Source: Squalus acanthias
Lineage: Eukaryota
Length of the DNA: 64,000 bases
Reading direction: 5' to 3'
Assembly (NCBI GenBank): GCA_030390025.1
Contig: CM059427.1
Coordinates: 188,852,001-188,916,000 of the forward strand
Below, one piece after another: positions 13,001 through 25,000 of the stretch (its first letter is position 1; each line of letters begins with the position of its first letter). Position numbers and translations under genes: made by a program. The notes below the pieces were generated by a model. The model was not told the DNA's origin. It saw nothing but the letters and a program-made list of their open reading frames with translations, and made no database searches.

Positions 13001-16000
13001 TTCCCAGGCCTCGGGAAACCCGGCAGGTACAAGGAGGTGGGGACGGCTGAATCCATAAGGTGAGTGCCTTTACAGCTGTGCTTGTGGGCCAGGAGGGGCA
13101 GAAGTGTTTCCTCCAAGCCAGCAAGCTAAACTGAAAACCCCCGCCCCCGCAATCGGTCGGCTCCCCCCCAACCACCACCTGCCCCCTCAACCGCCATCTG
13201 CACCCCCCCATCACCATCTGTACCACCCCCACACCCCGATCACCATCTACACCCCCCTCCGATCACCATCTACACCCCCCCCCGGATTACCATCTACACC
13301 CCCCCCCGATCACCATCTACACCCCCCCAAACTCCATCTACACCTCCCCCGCCCCGATCACCATCTACACCCCCCCGATCACCATCTACACCACCCCGTT
13401 CACCACCCCCCCGATCACCATCTACACCACCCCGATCACCACCCCCCCGATCACCATCTACACCCCACCTCGATCACCCCCCCCGATCACCATCTACACG
13501 CCCCCCCGATCACCATCTACACCCCACCCCGATCACCTCCCCCCGATCACCATCTACACCCCCCCGGATCACCATCTACACCCCCCCGATCACCATCTAC
13601 ACCCCCCCCCCGATCACCATCTACACCCCCCCCGATCACCATCTACACCCCCCCGATCACCATCTACACACCCCCCCGATCACCATCTACACCCCCCCCG
13701 ATCACCATCTACACCCCCCCCGATCACCATCTACACCCCCCCCGATCACCATCTACACCCCCCCGATCACCATCTACACCCCCCCCGATCACCATCTACA
13801 CCCCCCCCGATCACCATCTACACCCCCCCGATCACCCCCCCCGATCACCATCTACACCCCCCGATCACCATCTACACCCCCCCCGATCACCATCTACACC
13901 CCCCCCCGATCACCCCCCCCCCGATCACCATCTACACCCCCCCGATCACCATCTACCCCCCCCGATCACCATCTACACCCCCCCGATCACCATCTACACC
14001 CCCCCGATCACCATCTACACCACCCCCGATCACCATCTACACCCCCCCGATCACCATCTACACCCCCCCCCGATCACCATCTACACCCCCCCGATCACCA
14101 GCTACACCCCCCCCGATCACCCCCCCGATCACCATCTACACCCCCCCGATCACCATCTACACCCCCCCGATCACCATCTACACCCCCCCCCGATCACCCC
14201 CCCGATCACCATCTACACCCCCCCGATCACCCCCCCCGATCACCATCTACACCCCCCCGATCACCCCCCCCGATCACCATCTACACCTCCCCCGATCACC
14301 ATCTACACCCCCCCGATCACCCCCCCCGATCACCATCTACACCCCCCCCGATCACCATCTACACCCCCCCCGATCACCATCTACACCCCCCCGATCACCC
14401 CCCGATCACCATCTACACCCCCCCGATCACCCCCCCCAACCACCATCTACACCCCCCCCGATCACCCCCCCCGATCACCATCTACACCCCCCCCCCGATC
14501 ACCATCTACACCCCCCCCCGATCACCCCCCCCGATCACCCCCCCGATCACCATCTACACCCCCCCCGATCACCCCCCCCGATCACCATCTACACCCCCCC
14601 CGATCACCATCTACACCCCCCTCCGATCACCATCTACACCCCCCCCGATCACCATCTACACCCCCCCCGATCACCATCTACACCCCCCCGATCACCATCT
14701 ACACCCCCCGATCACCATCTACACCCCCCCGATCACCATCTACACCCCCCCCGATCACCCCCCCGATCACCATCTACACCCCCCCGATCACCATCTACAC
14801 CCCCCCCAATCACCATCTACACCCCCCCGATCACCATCTACACCCCCCCCGATCACCATCTACACCCTCCCCGATCACCATCTACACCCCCCCCCGATCA
14901 CCCCCCCGATCACCATCTACACCCCCCCCCGATCACCCCCCCCGATCACCATTTACACCCCCGATCACCCCCCCGATCACCATCTACACCCCCCCCCGAT
15001 CATCATCTACACCCCCCCCGATCACCCCTCCACCCCCCCAACCACTACCTGCCCCCCCGAACCACCATCGGACCCCTACTCATGACTGGGCCGCCCTTCC
15101 CACTCCCCAGTCAATTGGGAACCCGCCCCCCCCTGCCCCACCGCGATCGAGATCCCTCTCCCCACGATCTCTCTCACTCCTCCACTAAAACTACATTTAC
15201 TCCACAACTGTGGCCTTGTCAAGCAGGCTTCTCACCTGCAAGGCCTCCAGCCTGTCAATCAGACTGCCTGTGAACGGGAACCCGATAGAAAAAAAATCTA
15301 AAGCCATCACAACTCGTCTCCAGGCTCAGCTCCAGGCAAAGTTTTCTGAACTATTGTATTCAGAATTTTCTTTTTACTATAAACAGACACAGTCAGACAC
15401 ATGCTAACCAGTTGTGCTTAGTGCTGAGGATGAATATTCCCGATAGTGTCCACTTGCCCCCTCGGCTCTCTCCTTTCCTCACCTATACGCTGCTCCTTGG
15501 CAACATCATAGAAAGACATGGGGGAGAAATTCGGTATCACCCCGTTAGGGGCGTAATTATCGGCCGGATGAAAAGTTTAGTGCCTGGCGCTAAATATCGC
15601 CTCCGACTGCAAACTTAGCTTCTATTGCCTATGGAGGTGATTGGAGTGCTAAATCAGGCGCTACACACCTCTCTTAAGGCGCTAACGCCGAGGAGCGAGG
15701 CGCTACCTCAGAGCGCTGGCGAAGCTCATGTGATGTCAGTCAGCAATGGAACACAGACACACTGGCGCCGGCCAGTTCTTAAAGGGGAGGGTCAATCTTG
15801 CTCTCCATCCACATCCTGCTCATTGCAGCCTTGAATCTCGGCCTGGAGCAACCTGTACATCAAATCTGCTGGAAAGAACCATGGAGAGGCCCAGGGAAAG
15901 AGCTCAGAGTCTCTTCTAAATCGATGCAAGGAAGGTCAAATCAAAATGAACCTGCAGAGTGCTGCTCAGTACCCAAAACTCCTTCACACAGCGTTGCATA

Positions 16001-19000
16001 TCTCCAGAAATCTCTCTCTCTCACTCAGAATGTGTGGTGCAAAAATGTCGCCGACAAAAAAAGGGCAGGAAGTGGCCGCCTTTAAATAGCACTCCCCCAG
16101 TCCCTTCCCGACTGCAAAATGCTCCCCTCAACCTGTCATTGCTAGCGACAGGCGGAAAGGCAGGGGGCGCCACTCAATATCCAGTCCGAGGCGCTACCGG
16201 GGCGTTGCACGCTCGACTGTCGTCACTATCTGCGGGCGCAGGAGATCGTGGCGGTAGTGTTTAGCGCCGCCGCAAAATGTCTGCTGAATTTCGCGAGCGG
16301 CGCAAACATCGCCGCGTCCGGGCGCTAGTAGCTTTGCGCCCCAATGGGCGGCGCAATGCAACCCAATTTTTCCCCCATGGAATTTTAACCCCCAAAATTG
16401 TGTGGGTTGGATTGGTGGGGAGTTAAAATGTTAAAAAAATTCAAATTCAACCCCAACCCACCTTGAACCCGCCCACTTCCAGTTTTAACAGTGACAGGAC
16501 TGGGGGAGGGGAACCAATCTGCTCTCAGGAGGCAGGTCGGTCATTGAAAGCTTTTATGGAGGCTGCGAGCCTCCATTTGAACTAGATTTCTATTTTTAAC
16601 TACTGTCGGCCGGGAATCTCTGGCCTCGGGACAACGGGCAGGTAAAAGCAGGCGAGACGGGCTGGATCCATCAGGTAGGTGCCTTTACAGCACTGCTTGT
16701 GGGCCAGAAAGAGCAGGAATGGTTCCGCCCAGCCCATCAAGCTTACCCAGTAAACCCCGACTTTGTTCGACCCCGATCTCCCCTAACAACCACCCCAATC
16801 ATTGAACCCCCGCCGATCTTTCCGCTCCCCCACCCCACCCCCTATAATCTCTCTGCTACCTCCACAATCTCTGCACTTCTGCCACCCCGCACACTCTCTG
16901 CCCCCCCACCACAACTAGATCTACTGCTTCGCGGCTGTGGCCGTGTGCCACAGGATTTCCAGCCCGACAGGCCGCAAAACCACTCAGTCAATGAGGCTGG
17001 CTGTCGGGCAGGAAACCTGGAGAAACTAATTCAAACACGCCCTAGAGTTAAAACTCCACGGCGTTCGGGGAAACCCATTCTTTAAACTCGACCATAACTC
17101 CTCCGCTCCACCCCCGCCCCCAGCTCTGAACACGTGCCTCAGTAAATATCCCAGCCATTGGGTCAGCTTCACATCTGTGTTGACGACGCTCAGCTCTACC
17201 TGTCGACCACCAATCTCAAACCCTCTCATGCCTCTGTGCTGTCAGATCACTTGTCTAACATCTAGTCTTGGATGAGAGGCAATTTCCTCAAGTAAATATT
17301 TGGAAGACTGAAGCCATCTTCTTCAGCCCTCGCCACAAATTCCATACCGTCATCACCAGCCACATCCTCTCCATGACCATTGTCTCAGAGAATCATAGAA
17401 AGTTACAGCACGGAAGGAGGCCATTTCGGCCCAATTTATTGATATCCTCCTGCAGTCTACAGCTTCCTTCTTCAGTATCAACCACACAGCTGATTTCATT
17501 ATCATCTGCAAACTTCTTAATCATACCCCTATATTCAAGTCTAGATCATTGATATATACCACAAAAAGCAAGGGACCCAGTACTGAGCCCTGCGGAACCC
17601 CACTGGAAACAGCCTTCCAGTCACAAAAACACCCATCAACCATTACCCTCTGCTTCCTGCCTCCAAGCCAGTTTTGAATCCAACTTGACACTTTGCCCTG
17701 GATCCCATGGGCTTTTAACTTTGTGACCTGTCTGCCATGTGGAACCTTATCAAAAGCCTTGCTGAAGTCCATATACACTACATCAAACGCACTACCCTCA
17801 TTTACCCTCCTTGTTACCTCCTCAAAAAATTCAATCAAGTTTGTCAGACATGACCTTCCCTTAACAAATCCGTGCTGAGTATCCTTCATTAATCCGTGTC
17901 TTTCTAAATGAAGATTTAACCTGTCCTTCAGAATTCTTTCCAACAATTTACCCACCACTGAGGTTAGGCTGACTGGTCTTTAATTACTCGGTCTGTCCTT
18001 TTCTCCCTTTTTAAACAAGGGTACCACATTAGGAGTCCTCCAGTCCACCGGCACCACACCTGAAGCCAGAGAGGATTGAAAAATGATGGTCAGGGCCTCT
18101 GCTATTTCCTCTTTTGCTTCGCTTAACAGCCTGGGATACATTTCATCCAGGGCCTGGGGATTTATCCACTTTTAAAGCTGCTAAACCCCTTAATACTTCC
18201 TCTCTCACTATGTTTATTTCATCTAATATTTCACATTCCTCCCCCCTGATAGCAATGTCTACTTCGCCTCTCTCCTTTGTGAAAACAAACTCAAGGTATT
18301 CATTAAGAACCCGACCGACATCTCCCACCTCCACACACAGATTGCCCTCATGATCTCTAATAGGCCCTACCCTTTCTTTAGTTATCCTCTTATTCTTAAT
18401 ATATTTATAAAACATCTTTGGGTTTTCCTTGATTTTACTTGCCCAGAATATTTAATGCTCTCTCATTGCTTTCCTAATATCCTTTTTAATTACACTTTCT
18501 GTACTCCTCTAAAGATTCTGGAGTGTTTAGGCCTCATACACCTCCCTTTTTTTCTTTACCTGCCCTGTATGTCCCTAGACATCCAGGGTGCTCTAGATTT
18601 GTTAGTCCCACCTTTTTTCTTTAAGGGCACATATTTGGTCTGAACCCTCCGGATCTCCTCCTTGAATGCCTCCCACTGCTCTGACACTGATTTACCTTCA
18701 AGTAGATGTTTCCAGTCTACTATGGCTAAATCCCTTCTGAGCTCAGCAAAATTTGCATTCCCCAATGTAGAATTTTTATTCATGGTCTATACTTGTCTTT
18801 TTCCATAACTAGCTTAAATCTAACAGAATTATGGTCACTAGCTCCCCCACTGATACGCCTTCTACCTGCCCAGCTTCATTCCCTAAAACTAATTCCAGAA
18901 CCGCCCCCTCCCTTGTTGGGCTTGCTACATACTGGCTAAAAAAGTTCTCCTGGATGCATTTTAGGAATTCCTCACCCTCTATACCCTACACACTAATTTT

Positions 19001-22000
19001 ATCCCAGTGAATATTGGGATAGTTGAAATCCCCTACTATTACTGCCCTATAGTTTTTGCACTTCTCAGAAATTTGTCTACATATTTGTTCTTCTATCTTT
19101 GTCTCACTGATTGGGGGTCTGTAGTGTGATTGCCCCTTTTTTGTTCTTCAATTCGACCCATATGGCCTCGTTTGATGATCCCTCCAACATATCATCCCTC
19201 CTCACAGCTGTAATAGTATCTTTAATCAATACCGTAAACTCCCCTCCCTTTTTACCTCCCTCTCTATCCCATCTGAAAATCCTGTAACCTGCCCCTCTTT
19301 CAGCCACGTCTCTGTAATAGCTTTAATATCATTGTCCCAAGTATCTACCTGTACCCTCAGCTCATCTGCCTTGTTCACTATACTCCTTGCATTGAAGTAT
19401 ATACCATTTATTACAGGCAAACCTCCTTGTTGACTACTATCTAGCCCTTGATTCCTCTGTGATTCTAATTTACTTTCTACGTTTTTGTTTTCCAATTCCA
19501 GTTTTTCTTCCCTCCCTATTGACTCTATACTTAGGTTCCCATCCCCCTGCCAAGCGAATTTAAACCCTCCCCAACAGCACTAGCAAACCCTCCCGCGAGG
19601 ATATTGGACCCATTCCCATTGAGGAGCAACCCGTCTGGCTTGTAGAGGTTCCACCCACCCCAGAAACGGTTCCAATTCCTCAGGAATCTAAAGCCCTCCC
19701 TCCTACTCCATCTCGCCAGCCACGCATTCATCTGCTCTATCTTTCTATTTCTGTACTCACCAGCACGTGGCACAGGTAGTCATCCGGAGATTACTGCCTT
19801 TGAGGTCCTGCTTTTTAACCTCTTTCCTAGCTCCCTAAACTCTGCCTGCAGGAGCTCATCCCTCTTCCTACTTATGTCATTGGTACCAATGTGGACCACG
19901 ACCTCTGGCTATTCACTCTACCCGTCAGAATGCCCTGCAGCCGTTCAGTGACATCCTTGACCCTGGAACCAGGGAGGCAACATACCATCCTGGAGTCACG
20001 TCTGCGGCCGCAGGAACACCTGTCTGCTCCCCTAACTATTGAATCCCCTATCACTATTGCTCTCCCTCTCCTCTTCACCCCAGCCTGTGCAGCTGAGCCT
20101 TCCATGGTGCTGTGGACATGGCTGTGGCTGCACTCCACAGAGGAACCATCGCCCTCACCTGTACTCAGCACCGAATACTGGTTGGTGAGCAAGATGGGCT
20201 CAGGGGACTCCTGCACTACCTGCCTGGTCCTCATCGAGTCATATAGTCATAGATTTATACAGCACAGAAAGAGGCCCATCGGTCCATCGTGTCCGTGCCG
20301 GCCATCAAGCCCTATCTATTCTAATCCCATTTTCCAGCACTTGGTCCGTAGCCTTGTATGCTATGGCGTTTCAAGTACTCATCTAAATGCTTCTTGAATG
20401 TTGTGAGTGTTCCTGCCTCTACCACTCTTTTGGGCAGTGAGTTCCAGATTCCAACCACCCTGTGGATGAAAAAGTTTTTCCTCAAATCCCCTCTAAACCT
20501 CCTGCCCCTTACCTTGAAACTATGCCCCCTGGTTATTGACCCCTCTACTAAGGGGAAAAGTTCCTTTCTATCTACCCTATCTATGCCCCTCATAATTTTG
20601 TACACCTCAATCAGGTTCCCCCTCAGCCTTCTCTGTGCTAAGGAAAACAACTCCAGTCTGTCCAGTCTCTCTTCATAGCTGAAGCGCTCCATCCCAGGTA
20701 ACATCCTGGTGAATCTCCTCTGCACCCTCTCCAATGCAATCACATCCTTCCTATAGTGTGGCGACCAGAACTGCACACAGTATTCCAGCTGTGGCCGAAC
20801 TAACGTTTTGTACAGCACCATCATAACCTCCCTGATCTTATATTCTATGCCTCGGCTAATGAAGGCAAGTATCCCATATGCCTTTTTAACCACCTTATCT
20901 ACCTGTCCTGCTGCCTTCAGGGATCTATGTACATGCACACCAAGGTCCCGCTGATCCTCTGTCCTCCTAGGATCCTACCATTCATTGTGTATTCCCTTGC
21001 CTTGTAAGTCCTCCCAAAATGCATCACCTCACACTTTGCAGGGTTAAATTCCATTTGCCACTGTTCTGCCCATCTGACCAACCTGTTTATATCGTCCTGT
21101 AGCCTGAGGCTTCCCTCCTTGCTATTTACCACTCCACCAATTTTCGTGTCATCTGCAAACTTACTGATCATACCTCCTACATTCATATCTAAATCATTAA
21201 TGTACACTACAAACAGCAAAGGACCCAGCACCGATCACTGCGGTACACCGCTGGACACAGGCTTCCAGTCACAAAAACAACCTTCGACCATCACCCTCTG
21301 CCTCATGCCACTAAGCCAATTTTGGATCCAATGTGCCAAATTTCCCTGGATCCCATGGGCTCTTACCTTCTTGACCAGTCTCCCATGTGGGACTTTGTCA
21401 AAAGCCTTACTGAAGTCCATGTAGACTACATCAACTGCACTACCCTCATCCACACACCTAGTCATGCTCTCAAAAAATGTAATCAAATTGGTTAGACATG
21501 ATCTCCCCCTGACAAAGCCATGCTGACTATCCTTGATTAATCCTTGCCTCTCCAAGTGGAGACTAATTATGTCCCTCAGAATTTTTTCCAATAATTTCCC
21601 TACCACTGATATTAGGCTCACTGGCCTGTAAATCCCTGGTTTATCCCTACTACCCTTCTTGAATAATGGTACTACGTTAGCTGTTCTCCAGTCCTCTGGC
21701 ACACCTCCCCTGTGGCCAGAGAGGCTCTAAAAATTTGTGTCAGAGCCCCTGCAATCTCCTCCCTTGCCTCACACTGCATCCTGGGATACATCTGGGCCTG
21801 GAGATTTATCCACTTTTAAGCCTGCTAAAACCGTTAGTACCTCCTCCCTCTCAATACTAATTTGTTCAAGTATATTACAATCCCCCTGTCTGATTTCTAT
21901 GCCTACATCGTCCTTCTCCATAGTGAACACAGATGCAAAATATTCATTTAAAATTCTCCTCTTCTGTCTGACGGTCACCCATTCCCTCTCTGTCTGCACA

Positions 22001-25000
22001 CTCTTAAGCTGCGGGGTGACCACCTCCCAAAACGTGCTATCCATGTTGCTCTCAGTCTCATGGATGCACAACAGTGACTGCAGCCGCCGCTCAAGCTCCG
22101 TAACCCAGTGCTCGAGCTGCTGTAGCTGGCGACACTCCCGCACATGTGGTCGTCCAGACCATGGGAGGTGTCCAGGACTTCCCACATGGCACAGGCTGTG
22201 CATTCCACGGGTGTGAGCTGCCCTGCCATACCTCTAATTAACAGACTATTTACGAACCTAGCTGGAATAAACTTAAAATAAAACTTTAAGAAAGCCAAGT
22301 AAAAACACTTACCAGATACTCACCAATCAGCTCCCTCTTTTTGAATGTTTAGTTTTTAATCCCAGCTCTAATTAAATCAATACCCAAGATTAAGAGAGAA
22401 ATACTGACCAACCAGTCACTTCCCTGCTTTCCGGTGACGTCACTCCTTGTTTTTGTTGTCAGGTCCGCTGACTCCTCTCTCGGGCCTCGCTCTGCCGCGC
22501 TCTTTATATCCTCAGGCTCCGCTCGTGCTCCCTCTCAGGTCCGCTGACTCCTATCTCGGGCCTCGCTCTGCCGCGATCTTTATATCCTCAGGCTCCGCTC
22601 TCTCTCACTCTCAGGTCCGCTGACTCCTCTCTCGGGCATCGCTCTGCCGCGATCTTTATATCCTCAGGCTCCGCTCTCTCTCCCTCTCAGGTCCGCTGAC
22701 TCCGCTCTCGGGCCTTGCTCTGCTGCGCTCTTTATATCCTCAGGCTCCGCTCTCTCTCCCTCTCAGGTTGAACCAGACTCTTTGACCCTGTGCTAAGCTT
22801 CTGAACCCACAACCTCTCCATCACAAAGATCACCTACTTCCACCTATATAAAAGAACCGGCCTCTGCACCTGCCTCACAGGAGAACATGAGAATTAGGAG
22901 CAGGAGTAGGCCATTTAGCCCTTCGAGCCTGCTCCACCATTCAATAAGATCATGGCTGATCTTCTACCTCAACTCCACCTTCCTGCACTATCCCCATATC
23001 CCTTGATTCCCTTAATATTCAAATATCTATCGAACTCTGCTTTGAATATACTCAACGACTGAGCACCCACAGCACTCTGGGGTAGAGAATTCCAAAAATT
23101 CACAGCCAACATTCCCTTTAAGCTGGGCAGCGCTCTGGACCTCCCGCGCAGCTGGCTTGCTGGCTTTTAAATGCAAAAACAGCGCGGCCCAAAAATAAAA
23201 ATTAAAGGGAACATTGTTCACCACCCTCTGAATGAAGAAATTTCTCCTCGTCTCAGTCCTAAATGGCCAACCCCTTATTCTGAGACTGTGACCCCTGGTT
23301 CTAGACTCCCCAGCCAGGGGAAACATCCTCCCTGCATCTACCCTGTCAAGCCCTGTAAGAATTCTATATGTTTCAATGAGATCACCTCTCATTCTTCGAA
23401 ACTATCGAGAATATAGGCCTAGTCTACTCAATCTCTCCTCATAGGACAATCCCACCATCACAGGAATCAGTCTGGTGAACCTTTGTTGCACTCCCTCTAT
23501 GGCAAGTATATCCTTCCTTAGATAAGGAGACCAAAACTGTACACAGTACTCCAGGTTTGGTCTCACCAAGGCCCTATATAATTGCAGTAAGACTTCTTTA
23601 CTCTTGTACTCGAATCCTTTGGTAATAAAGGCTAACATAAAATTTGCTTTCTTAATTGCTTTCTGTACCTTCATGTTAACGTTCAGTGATTCATGTACAA
23701 GGACACCCAGGTCTCTCTGAGTACTAACATTTCCCAATCTCTCACCATTTGCACCAAGGGCCGGGGAGTTATATCCGGTGTCTTGGCCAATATTTATCCC
23801 TCAATCAACATTACAAAAAAACAGATTATCTGATCATTACCATATTGCTGTTTGTGGGAGCTTGCTGTGCGCAAATTGGCTGCCGCATTTTCTACATTAC
23901 AACAGTGACTACACTTCAAAGGTACTTCATTGTCTGTCAAGCACTTTGAGATGCCCTGTGGCCCTGAAAGACGCGATAGAAATGCAAGTCTATCTTTCTT
24001 TTTATTTAAAAAATATTCTGCTTTTCTATTTTTCCAACCAATGTGGGTAACTTCACATTTCTCCACATTATATTCCATCTGCCATGATCTTGCCCAGTCA
24101 CTTAACCTGTCTTAACACTCAACTTAACACTCACTTAACACTTGCAGCCTCTTTGTATCCTCCTCACAGCTTACTGTCCCACCTAGCTTTGTACTTGAGG
24201 TCATCCAAAACTCAGTTGCCCGTGTCCTAACTCGCACCAAGTCCCGTTCACCCATCTCCCCTGTGCTCGTTGACCTACATTGGCTCCCGGTTAAGCAGCG
24301 CATCGATTTCAAAATCCTCATCCTTGCTTTCAAACCCCTCCATGGCCTCGCCCCTTCCTATCTCTGTAATCTCCTTCAGCCCCACAAACCCCCCCGAGAT
24401 ATCTGCATTCCTCTAATTCTGCCCTCTTGAGCATCACTGATTATAATCACTCAACCTTCTGTTGCCTAGGCCCTAAGCTCTGGAATTCCCTGCCTAAACA
24501 TGTCTGCCTCACTACCTCTCTCTCCTCCTTTAAGACGCTCCTTAAAACCTACCTCTTTGACCAAGGTTTGGTCACCTGCCCTAATTTATCCTTATGTGGC
24601 TCGGTGTCAAATTTTTTGTCTTAAAATACTCCTGTGCAGCGCCTTGGGACATTTTACTAAGTTAAACGCGCTATATAAATGCAAGTTGTAGTTGTTGTTG
24701 TTGTTGGTTGTATCATAAGCGAACTTTGTTACATTAGATTTGGTCCCTGAAAGGATTCGCAAAATTTCATGTGTTCGCCCCCCGAATATATTTGTTGTTG
24801 GACTTATTAATAAAGAAACCCTGGTCAGACTGAGTTTTAAAATCCGGGGCATAAAATGGCCGCAGTCGGGCCTCGTGACCGAGAGCCTGGCAGTTTGTGT
24901 ATTCCGATGTCTGCAACAGGACAGGACCTTTCCTTATGCATTACAATCAGGTCTATGCATAAGGCTTTCAAGGTGTTTGCTCAAGTAATCGGCGGGGACA

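Noticed and set aside
13230-15030. CRISPR-like array
   Set aside because: No unique spacers, no cas genes, eukaryotic context.
13104-15188. 694-aa Pro/His-rich ORF (extensin- or mucin-like)
   Set aside because: Translation of a stop-free C-rich minisatellite that shifts frame with C-run length, antisense within an intron.
15412-16264. ORFs within MITE families as transposase remnants
   Set aside because: Frames are not conserved between copies and no DDE or Myb motifs are recognisable.
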